A DNA stretch of 32,000 nucleotides. Source: an archaeon (GTDB taxonomy: Archaea > Iainarchaeota > Iainarchaeia > Iainarchaeales > CSSED10-239). A program made the position numbers and the translations under genes. The stretch's first letter is position 1; every line of letters begins with the position of its first letter. Of this stretch, positions 9,907 through 18,023 are shown piece by piece. A model generated the notes under the pieces. It saw only the letters and a list, made by a program, of their open reading frames with translations. It had not been told where the DNA came from and made no database searches. The DNA lies in assembly GCA_035390665.1 (NCBI GenBank), contig DAOOUC010000001.1:1-32000 (forward strand), read 5' to 3'.

Positions 9907-10377
9907 TTATAATTTTGGTAGTGGGGTTACAGCACCACAAGCAGTACATTTTAATATTTTAACATTATTGTGTGTAGATATACTTGTGTCTGGTTTTTTA
10001 CATGCAGAACACAACACAAAGATGTTTATGAATTTATCAAGTATTATATTTATTTTGTGATTATCAAAAACACCATTTAAAACTAAAGACTGATCATTAA
10101 CAATTGTAGAAGAAGTGCTAATTTCCTTCATAACAAACTTATATAATAAATCTGGATCTCTATTAAGGTCTTTTGCAACTTTAACAAAATTTTTCCAAAT
10201 GGTTTGCTTTCCTTGAATAATTGATTGAGCTTTTGGTAATTCAAATCTAGTGGTTTCTTTTGTTTTAGCTGGTAATGCCATATATAGTCTATCAAGTAAT
10301 GGATTATAACTAATGTCTAGTTTTTCTAGTGTATTATTAGAAACATTTGTTTCTTGTTCTTTCTTTATTTTCGCCAT
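9907..10377 (-). CDS. eif2b: Translation initiation factor aIF-2 subunit beta
   Basis: 156 aa; C-terminal zinc finger CSACKKPDTSISTHNNVKILKCTACGAVTPLPKL and a preceding aIF2-beta/eIF5-like domain. Confidence 0.93.
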   Translation of the reverse strand: MAKIKKEQETNVSNNTLEKLDISYNPLLDRLYMALPAKTKETTRFELPKAQSIIQGKQTIWKNFVKVAKDLNRDPDLLYKFVMKEISTSSTIVNDQSLVLNGVFDNHKINIILDKFINIFVLCSACKKPDTSISTHNNVKILKCTACGAVTPLPKL

Positions 10378-10413
10378 ATATAATATATATTAGGTATTGT
10401 TTTTAAAGCTATT

Positions 10414-11406
10414 TTAAGAAGCAAAAATTAAACTTATTAATTGCCCTACAAAATAAGAAATAATAATTACAAGAACTGCAATTAATGTGTTTTTAGTAAT
10501 TGTTTTTATTTTGTTTTCTTCTTGAATTATCGAAATTATTAGATTTACAAAGATAATCAATAGTAAGCCCCAAAATAAGTTAACAATTATTGCAGTTTTA
10601 AAAGAAAATAATAAGAAAGGAATAATAAAGGTCAAAGTAAATACAAACTTTCCTATAAAAACATTTAATGCAGAAGATATTGCGTGTTTTTGAGTTGTTC
10701 CTTTTTCTGTTTTTTTTGCAGAGTACATACTTATAGAATCAGATAAAGAATCTGCAACCGCAACACTAACAATTCCACCAATTACTGCTAATTTTGAGGA
10801 TGTTGCACTTAATAAACCAATCATAACTCCAAGAGTTGTTAATACCCCTCCAGAAATTCCAAATGCAAATCTGCCTAATTTCTCGAAAACTTTGTGGAAT
10901 AATATTGAAAAATTATTTTGTGATTTAATAAAAATATCAAGATAACTTTTGATTAATTTAGGCGATATATAGTCTTTAAATTTCTCAGAAACTTTATTTA
11001 TTAAAATAACGTCTTTTTCTTTCATTGCAGTAAACTCAATATATTTTCCAAAATTATCAATGTCATCTATGTGAATGACAATAGAATCTAAAATTGCAGT
11101 AATTCTTTTTTTATGAATGTGTGCTATTTCTTTTGATTTTTCTTCCTTCGTTATTATCTTATATTCAATTTTTTCAACTATTAAATCTTTTTTTATTTCT
11201 AAATTTTTTATACTTACTATCTTTTCTTCAATTTCTCCTTCTTTTCTTATCTTTGTATAAGAAAGAGAATTATCTCCGTTCTCTAAGAAATATCTATCCT
11301 CACAAACTACTTCGCTTATGATTTTTGCTCCAATATTAACTAGAAATTCTTTACTTATTTCTTTTTTTAACTTATAGCGTTTTAAATAAACAGTTGTTGC
11401 ATTCAT
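10414..11406 (-). CDS. Two-domain protein: N-terminal CYTH-like domain plus C-terminal VIT1/CCC1-like membrane domain
   Basis: 330 aa. N-half resembles CYTH (YLKRYKLKK; YTKIRKEG; HKKR; IVIHIDDIDNFGKYIEF; SYLDIF). C-half has GISGGVLTTLGVMIGLLSAT and VAVADSLSDSISMYSAKK typical of VIT/CCC1 plus hydrophobic helices. Confidence 0.7.
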   Translation of the reverse strand: MNATTVYLKRYKLKKEISKEFLVNIGAKIISEVVCEDRYFLENGDNSLSYTKIRKEGEIEEKIVSIKNLEIKKDLIVEKIEYKIITKEEKSKEIAHIHKKRITAILDSIVIHIDDIDNFGKYIEFTAMKEKDVILINKVSEKFKDYISPKLIKSYLDIFIKSQNNFSILFHKVFEKLGRFAFGISGGVLTTLGVMIGLLSATSSKLAVIGGIVSVAVADSLSDSISMYSAKKTEKGTTQKHAISSALNVFIGKFVFTLTFIIPFLLFSFKTAIIVNLFWGLLLIIFVNLIISIIQEENKIKTITKNTLIAVLVIIISYFVGQLISLIFAS

Positions 11407-11462
11407 ATATAGATATAATTAAAATCAATAGTTTTTTAATTGTTAACTTATAATATCTAATT

Positions 11463-11837
11463 ATGAATAAAAAGCACAAATTCTTTAGATCAGGGAAAGT
11501 AAGTGTTTATGTTTCTATAATTGTATTAAGTGTAATCATTGGAGGGATTATTTTTTGGTTAACAACTGCTCCAGATAACACAAGCAAATATAAAGATGAA
11601 GCAATTGCTAATTGTGTTTCTTTATGTAAAACTGAAATTGCAAAAGGAACAATATTAAATAGTGGTCCTTGCTTATCAAACAACATTGCAACCGATTGGG
11701 CTTGTGATATTGTAAGTAATCCTAGAAACAAGCTTATTGATGATTTGCCTGATAATCAATGTAAAGATTATAGAAGTGGGAAGGTTCGTCATTTTGTTGA
11801 AATAACTCCAGAATGTAATTATGTAAGATCAAATTAG
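11463..11837 (+). CDS. Single-TM-anchored small Cys-containing protein
   Basis: 124 aa; one N-terminal TM helix and 6 Cys in the extramembrane part; TATA-like sequence upstream. Confidence 0.6.
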   Translation: MNKKHKFFRSGKVSVYVSIIVLSVIIGGIIFWLTTAPDNTSKYKDEAIANCVSLCKTEIAKGTILNSGPCLSNNIATDWACDIVSNPRNKLIDDLPDNQCKDYRSGKVRHFVEITPECNYVRSN

Positions 11838-12671
11838 ATATATCAAAATTACAAATATCATCAACACTACTTGAATTGGAAGAGCAGGTAGTGCTTTTAT
11901 TTTTGCTTTATATCTATCTAAGATATAAAATGTTATAAAAAGTCCAACAATTGAAGCAAGCCATACACTAGTAACTGCAAGAATTGAAAATAACATTGTT
12001 TTTGTTTTTATTAAAAGCATAAAAAGACTTGTCGAGACAACTGCAGGAATTACTATGTCTCCTCCACCAAGTTTATATTCTCTTTTCTTTGATGGAAGTA
12101 AAAATATTAAAGACACTTTCTTTGTAATTATCATATTTGCTAAAGTAACCATGTGTTTAGTATAAAACACAGCAATAATGTCATAAATTGCAAGAAGAGT
12201 TAAAAGTACAATCACGGGGATAATCCCAAGACTTAAACCCATAATTGTTGCTGCCCCAGATATTGCAACACCTAATAATAAATTATTGTACCATTTTGAA
12301 TAAATGGTTTCTTCCTTTCTTGTATATTTTACTATCAATAAAAATATTGTTGCAAGATATGAAAGAAACGGAGAAATAACTAAACTGAAAACTAAAGAAA
12401 TTCCAGAAAACAATGCAAGAGTTTCAATTATAAATAAGAAGTTTCCACTTTTAAAGAATTTTTTAAGTATTAAGATTACTATAGTAAAAAATATTATATA
12501 ACCTACAATAAAAACAGCATTCCAAACACTATTTGGATTTTTATCAATTATTGTTAATTGTAAGTTTTGAGGAATCAAGTGTATTGAGATAATTAAACTA
12601 AGAATCTGGCAAAACAAAAAAATTCCAAAAAAAGATAATATAAATGTTTTGTCTTTTAATGCGTTGTTCAT
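11829..12671 (-). CDS. Presenilin / signal-peptide-peptidase-like intramembrane aspartyl protease
   Basis: 280 aa, polytopic, with the catalytic triad of motifs: YD (LLAIYDIIAVFYTKH), GxGD (LGGGDIVIPAVV) and PAL (KALPALPIQV). Confidence 0.9.
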   Translation of the reverse strand: MNNALKDKTFILSFFGIFLFCQILSLIISIHLIPQNLQLTIIDKNPNSVWNAVFIVGYIIFFTIVILILKKFFKSGNFLFIIETLALFSGISLVFSLVISPFLSYLATIFLLIVKYTRKEETIYSKWYNNLLLGVAISGAATIMGLSLGIIPVIVLLTLLAIYDIIAVFYTKHMVTLANMIITKKVSLIFLLPSKKREYKLGGGDIVIPAVVSTSLFMLLIKTKTMLFSILAVTSVWLASIVGLFITFYILDRYKAKIKALPALPIQVVLMIFVILIYLI

Positions 12672-12675
12672 GTTA

Positions 12676-14799
12676 TCACATAGATGTGTTGTCTATTGGT
12701 TTTAAATAACCGTTCTTTGGCTCGTATAGTTCTCCAGATTTCTTTAGTCTTGAAATTGCATCATTTAATTTGTCTTTACCTATGTTTTGTTTTTCTAAAG
12801 TTTCTGAAAGGTCTCCATAGGAAACAGGATTGCCGTTAGTGGTCATATCTCTTATAATATTTAAAACTCTTTTAATAAATTGTCTTTCGCTTGATGATGT
12901 TCCTGTTGTTATTATGTCGATATCTATCTTTCCGGTCTCTTGATCTGTTGCTGTTTGCTCTAAAGATATTTTAAAAATTCTAATTGCTCTTTGTGCGTCC
13001 TCTAATTCTATTTTACTTTTTAATCTTACTTTTGCACTGGCTTCAGAAAGTCTTATTAGACCTTCTAACTGTCTTGGGGTTGCTGAATAACTTCCGTGCC
13101 TTCTTCCAAGATCTCTTAAGTCAATATAATAGTTTAGTATTAGATTTGAGGCTTCTTTACTTAAGGTAGGTTTTATTCTTTGTCTTGCATAAGCAACATA
13201 TTTCTTGAAAAGGTTTGCATCAACTTTTGGTAAAACTGTTTCTTCCATTCTTTCAATTTCTTCTTTTGTTAATTCCATATTTGGAGTTGAAAGTTTTTGG
13301 GCAGCTTCTTGAACATCAATAATGTGTTTTCCCATTTCTATATCTAAAGTTCTGTTCAATGTGTCTTTTATTATAAAATATAAATCAAATCTAGAAAGAA
13401 GAGAAAATGGTAAATCAATTTGCTCTATTGGATTTTTTACTTTATCAAATCTATTAAACTTTGGATTAGCGGCTGCAAGAATGGAAGTGTCTGCTCTAAA
13501 CTTAGCATAGAGTCCTGCCTTAGAAACAGAAACTGTTGCTTGAGCCATTGCTTCGTGAAGGGAACTTCTATCTTCTGGTTCCATCTTATCAAATTCATCA
13601 ATCATGGCTATACCACCACTAGCAAGAACAACAGCTCCAGCTTTAAGTGTCCAGCCACCTTCTCCAAAATCGTCTTTAATTGCACTTACTGTTAAACCTG
13701 CACCAGATGCGGACTTTCCTGCAACATACATACTTTTTGGTGCAATTGTTGCTGCGTTTCTTAATAGTTCGGACTTACCTGTTGAGGGGTCACCAACTAG
13801 AAGAACATGAATGTTTCCTCTAAACTCTTGTTTGTTTACTTTCTTTTTCACACCACCAAACATTTGTAAGGTGATTGCCTCTTTAACAATTTCGTGACCA
13901 TAAATCTTTGGAGCAATTGATTGTGTTAATAATTCAAAGACATCTTCTTTTTTTGCAAGTTGTTTAATCTCTTGTTCTTCTTCAGGAGTAATGTCTAATT
14001 CTTCAAATTCTTGATCTATTTTTTCTAAATGATTTGCAATTATGAATTTGTTATAGTTTGCTTCCTTTTGTGGTTTTAATTTTACAACACCTGTAACAAT
14101 TACTTTATCTCCTGCTGAACAGGTGTTAACAAGATCATCAGAGATATAAACTTCTAAATGATTTGCTTGTTCACTTCCTTTTAGATTTTCAATTGATTCT
14201 TGAATTTCTAGTTTCTGATAATCAATAAATTTACTTTGTTCTAAATCTATATCGAAATCTCTTGATTTACAATCACATATTGCTGGTTTAGAAAGAGTTG
14301 AACTTGTCTGCTTAATAGTGTAAGTGTTCTGACATTTTTTACATACAAATAGTCCTTCGGTCATTTTCTGTAATCTTTCTGTTATTCTTCTTATCATTCC
14401 TTCAACAGAAATTAAAATCGTTAATTGATCAGAACCAACATCTCTTATTGGAACTCTAAATTCCTCTGGGAGATTAAAAAACCTTATGTGTGGTTCAAAG
14501 TTTTGATCTGTTTGTTCTAAGATACCAACATCTATTTTTTTTAATGCTGCTTTTGCTGCTTCAAAGATTAGATTTGGATTTTCTATTAATCTTTCTGAAA
14601 GATTTAAATCAAATGCTTCAAGTTTTTTAAAATCTAAATTTAGACTTCTTTTTTCAGGATAATTAGATGCTAAATATTCTATTTCTTTTTTGTAAACAAC
14701 ATTAAAGAAATCTTCAAAAACAGAAATATACTCGTCAAGTCCTGATTCGTTTACAGAACTAGAATTGTCTTCAAATCCTTCAAAATCAAACTCTGCCAT
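12676..14799 (-). CDS. mcm: MCM replicative DNA helicase
   Basis: 707 aa; HVLLVGDPSTGKSELLR, GGIAMIDEFDKM, ANPKFNRFD, LPFSLLSRFDLYF; zinc site CKKCQNTY...CDCKS. Confidence 0.97.
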   Translation of the reverse strand: MAEFDFEGFEDNSSSVNESGLDEYISVFEDFFNVVYKKEIEYLASNYPEKRSLNLDFKKLEAFDLNLSERLIENPNLIFEAAKAALKKIDVGILEQTDQNFEPHIRFFNLPEEFRVPIRDVGSDQLTILISVEGMIRRITERLQKMTEGLFVCKKCQNTYTIKQTSSTLSKPAICDCKSRDFDIDLEQSKFIDYQKLEIQESIENLKGSEQANHLEVYISDDLVNTCSAGDKVIVTGVVKLKPQKEANYNKFIIANHLEKIDQEFEELDITPEEEQEIKQLAKKEDVFELLTQSIAPKIYGHEIVKEAITLQMFGGVKKKVNKQEFRGNIHVLLVGDPSTGKSELLRNAATIAPKSMYVAGKSASGAGLTVSAIKDDFGEGGWTLKAGAVVLASGGIAMIDEFDKMEPEDRSSLHEAMAQATVSVSKAGLYAKFRADTSILAAANPKFNRFDKVKNPIEQIDLPFSLLSRFDLYFIIKDTLNRTLDIEMGKHIIDVQEAAQKLSTPNMELTKEEIERMEETVLPKVDANLFKKYVAYARQRIKPTLSKEASNLILNYYIDLRDLGRRHGSYSATPRQLEGLIRLSEASAKVRLKSKIELEDAQRAIRIFKISLEQTATDQETGKIDIDIITTGTSSSERQFIKRVLNIIRDMTTNGNPVSYGDLSETLEKQNIGKDKLNDAISRLKKSGELYEPKNGYLKPIDNTSM

Positions 14800-14861
14800 T
14801 TTTTATTCCTGTTTTTTTGTTTTTAGTTTATAATATATAAGAGCAAACGCATTATATTAAA

Positions 14862-14936
14862 ATGCAGGTAAGAAAACCTTGTGAAATTGCTAAAATACTT
14901 AAGAAATATTACAGGAAGTGAAGGGGTTTTTACCTA
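14862..14936 (+). ncRNA. Candidate small structured RNA (low confidence)
   Basis: AGGTAAGAAAACC (14866-14878) can pair with GGTTTTTACCT (14925-14935) with a 2-nt bulge; TATA-like TTATAATATATAA about 25-30 nt upstream; lies between mcm and the 3' end of the interrupted gene. Confidence 0.25.
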
Positions 14937-15890
14937 TAATGGCCTTTTTCTAGACATTCTTTTATGTATTTTCTTCATCCTTTCTATTCCAGGCACAAGT
15001 ATTTTTCCTACATTGTCTCTTTTTGCATAAATTTTATCTAGATGCCCTTTTAATTCTGTTCTTAATAATTTCTTAACTGCTTCTTTATCTTTTGGAACTA
15101 AATCATTTACAGGTGTGCTCTTTTGAGCATAGTGTTTTCCTGATTTTGTAGTTATCTCGTAAAGTTCAAAAGTGTCTGGATCAATTGCTAAAGGGTTATG
15201 ACCATTATTTAAAGTTCTAATTTTATCTTTTAAATGACGAATGTCTTGCTTTGAAATATGTGGATTTTATGCAACCCCTGCAGAAGATTTCATAAACATT
15301 CTTTTTTCTTTACCATCAATAGTCACTTTTGCTGTTGTTAAGGTGTTTGCTCTTATTGCTCTTAAAAAACCAAGATAACTTTCTTTACATGATTGATTTC
15401 TAGGGGGCGATAACAAATATTCTTCTCTTATTAATCTTCCGCTCTCTAGTGTTTTTATTATTCTTTGTATTGGTGTGTGTGTTCCTTCAATTTTATATTG
15501 CTTACTTAGTTTTTTTAAATTGACTACAAATAAAGAAAGCTTATTAGCTAGTTCTAATCCGTTGTATTTTTGAGAAAGTTTATTTAATGATTTTATGATT
15601 TCTTTTCTTTCTATATAATGCATATTATTAACATAATCTAAAACTTCATTTGAAAATATCTTTCCAAAATCTAAAAATTGGCCTCTTATTTTTAGTGAAC
15701 CAAGAACTTCTTTTCTTGACATTAGGAATTCGTAAAAGTCAGAAATAAAATCTTTAGAGGTTAATGCAAGTTCATATTTTTCCTTATCAAAAAAATAAAA
15801 CTCTGCTCTATCTGCTTTTTGTTTTATAACTATATTTTCTTTTTCTTCTTCAGGAACGTTTTTTCTTGAAAAAATAAATTCTGTTTTCAT
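14934..15890 (-). pseudogene. Conserved-looking hypothetical protein interrupted by a single in-frame TAA (15267-15269)
   Basis: The 207-aa ORF 15267..15890 ends ...MKSSAGVA*. The same frame then runs 110 sense codons (NPHISKQDIRHLKDKIRTLNNGHNPLAIDPDTFELYEITTKSGKHYAQKSTPVNDL...RMSRKRPL) to TAG at 14934-14936. Confidence 0.6.
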
Positions 15891-15898
15891 AAACTATC

Positions 15899-17224
15899 TT
15901 ACTCTAATTCAAAAGTACTTGCCATAAACTCTAATTGATTAGAGAAATCATTCATCTTTGCTTTTCCTGTAACTATTACGTGCTTACCAAATAATTTCTT
16001 TTCTGCTTTATAATAGATTTCATCTTTTTCTTCAGGAGTTAAATCTTTTTTAAGTTCTTCTTTTTTTACTTCAAAGGCGTCTTCTAGTAATTGGTTAAAA
16101 AGACTTACTTTTATTACTCCTGTGCCGTCATCAATATTAATTGAAGAGAAGGTGTTCATTGTTGGATCTACAGGTTTATTACAAGCCTCACAAATAAATT
16201 CATTATTTATTAAGAAAACTTTTTCTTTACATTCTGGGCATTTAAATGACCTTAATGCTCCTTTGTTAATTGTTACAACTGTTCCACTTATCTTGTAGTT
16301 GTTATTATTTTCTAAATTGGATATTTTTTCCTCTTTTATATCTGTTGTTGTTAATTCTGAAAGACTTGGTATCTTTATTTTTGTTTTTGGATTTTTAGTA
16401 ATTGTTGAGTTCCAGTTGATATATAGTTCTAACTCAGAATCAAAATTTCTTTCTTTTATTGTTACATCACTTAATCTTACTAAATCGCCTTTTGAAAAAC
16501 TATTTGAAATCTCTTTAGCAAATGCATCAAAAGCAACACACCTTATGGATTTTATTCCATCACTTACTTCAAAGTTAATTACTTGCCTTTCCTTATCTTC
16601 TTTTGTAAATGTTTTTATTGGATAAATATTTATTATTCTTGCAATGGTGTCTACTGGTGATGTTGGTGGGGAATCAATTTCAGAAATCTTAACTGCGGTC
16701 TCTTTTATTTTTGGAATGTCTATTCCTTCAGGATCTTTTATTATTTGTCCGCCTTGTCTTAATGATAGTTCTGTTTTTTCATTATATTGATTTACTCCTG
16801 CATCTTTAATAAGTAACAAATCGTTTTTTTCTAAATTTAATTCTTTAACTATCTCTGCTTTATCTTGCCATAAATTTAATTTTATAAAACCTGTTTCGTC
16901 TTCTAGGTAAAGTGCTTGAATCTTGCCATCACTTCCATCTTTTGATTTGTATATTTTTACTGGAGGAATTGATTTTACTCTTGCATATAAAGAAACAGAA
17001 TCAATGCTTGCTGAAATTTCAGAAACTTTAGTTATTGCACTAGCTTGTTGTTTTAAATCCAGATCTACTCCAAATTGCTTTGAAAGAAGAATGTTTGCTC
17101 CAACATCACTTAAAAGACCTTCGTATTTAGTTTTTATTTCTTCTAATTTTGTTTGAAGCTCAGAATCAGATTTTCCTGTTTGTTTTTTAATAATATTATA
17201 AATTTGTTCACTTGTAAGTTGCAT
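15899..17224 (-). CDS. RPA/SSB-like OB-fold single-stranded DNA-binding protein
   Basis: 441 aa; repeated OB-fold-like segments (IQALYLEDETGFIKLNLWQDKAE; GIKSIRCVAFDAFAKEI; GTGVIKVSLFNQLLEDAF) and a Cys4 zinc finger FKCPECKEKVFLINNEFICEAC. Confidence 0.88.
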   Translation of the reverse strand: MQLTSEQIYNIIKKQTGKSDSELQTKLEEIKTKYEGLLSDVGANILLSKQFGVDLDLKQQASAITKVSEISASIDSVSLYARVKSIPPVKIYKSKDGSDGKIQALYLEDETGFIKLNLWQDKAEIVKELNLEKNDLLLIKDAGVNQYNEKTELSLRQGGQIIKDPEGIDIPKIKETAVKISEIDSPPTSPVDTIARIINIYPIKTFTKEDKERQVINFEVSDGIKSIRCVAFDAFAKEISNSFSKGDLVRLSDVTIKERNFDSELELYINWNSTITKNPKTKIKIPSLSELTTTDIKEEKISNLENNNNYKISGTVVTINKGALRSFKCPECKEKVFLINNEFICEACNKPVDPTMNTFSSINIDDGTGVIKVSLFNQLLEDAFEVKKEELKKDLTPEEKDEIYYKAEKKLFGKHVIVTGKAKMNDFSNQLEFMASTFELE

Positions 17225-17308
17225 TATTTTTCACCTAATATATATTTATGAAAACAATATATTAAAAAGTTACCTGGAGCGGCCACCTTTTGTAATATTT
17301 GGAATTTA

Positions 17309-17635
17309 TTATGTAATTATTTCTCTTAATAATTTCTCTAATTCTAAATATATTTCTTTTCTTTTGCTATAGCACAAATAACAAATTTTTTGCATAACTG
17401 TATGTTTTGGCAACATAAAAATGTAATTTAATTTTAGTATACTTTCTTTTATTAACCCATCTCCTTTAGTCAATCTTATTCCAGACATTTTTAAATTACT
17501 AGTTATACCAATAACAACAATATTTTCAAAATCAGAAAATAAAACAAAGGCAGGCCTTATTTTAGAATTAGAATTATCAATAAATGGAACATCTATTAAA
17601 ACTATTTCTCCTGCTTTGACCTCCATTTTTCCCAA
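17309..17635 (-). CDS. PemK/MazF-like toxin
   Basis: 108 aa; AGEIVLIDVPFIDNSNSKIRPAFVL and VVVIGITS; overlaps the 3' end of a small upstream antitoxin-like gene. Confidence 0.8.
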   Translation of the reverse strand: MGKMEVKAGEIVLIDVPFIDNSNSKIRPAFVLFSDFENIVVIGITSNLKMSGIRLTKGDGLIKESILKLNYIFMLPKHTVMQKICYLCYSKRKEIYLELEKLLREIIT

Positions 17636-17850
17636 TCCTCATCTTCTTTATTATCCCATAATTCTTTCATTTTTGTTTTTTGAGCGGCAAGCACAATTTT
17701 AAGATATTCATCTTTTGCTTTTCTAGACTTTAATAGATTAGATATTACTTCATCAAAAGATTGCCTTGGGTGCAGCTTTAATTTTTTTAAATTATTTACT
17801 ACTGTTTTTGACAACTGGATTGTTGTATATTCTTGCATATCTATAATCAC
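17602..17850 (-). CDS. Antitoxin-like ribbon-helix-helix/VapB-type protein
   Basis: 82 aa; YTTIQLSKTVVNNLKKLKLHPRQSFDEVISNLL; overlaps the PemK/MazF-like toxin gene. Confidence 0.75.
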   Translation of the reverse strand: MIIDMQEYTTIQLSKTVVNNLKKLKLHPRQSFDEVISNLLKSRKAKDEYLKIVLAAQKTKMKELWDNKEDEDWEKWRSKQEK

Positions 17851-17920
17851 CTATAAGTAATTATAGTTGGATGCTCTTTTAAACCCTATAGTTATATTAG
17901 TGTTTTTCAAAAGGGCATAT

Positions 17921-17946
17921 TTTTCGGGGGGGTAGCTGTCCAGTGC
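17921..17946 (+). repeat. Repeat element copy A (block 1 only)
   Basis: TTTTCGGGGGGGTAGCTGTCCAGTGC, identical to copy C (27247-27272). TTATATTA at 17892-17899. Confidence 0.9.
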
Positions 17947-18023
17947 GAGAAACCAAAACAAAGAAATATAAATATAAAGTTGTATTATATATTTACTAAA
18001 ATATATTTTAAGAATGAGAAAAC

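Noticed and set aside
12984-13810. Several + strand ORFs (12984..13169, 13322..13510, 13420..13695, 13604..13810)
   Set aside because: They are antisense to the strongly supported mcm coding sequence and have no recognisable protein features.
14862-14921. 19-codon mini-ORF MQVRKPCEIAKILKKYYRK
   Set aside because: Too short to support as coding; the region is better explained, if anything, by an RNA hairpin or by the mcm promoter.
17921-17946. Reverse complement (GCTACCCCCCCGAAAA) resembling a 23S rRNA segment
   Set aside because: Similarity is limited to about 12-15 nt with no flanking rRNA-like sequence; likely coincidence.
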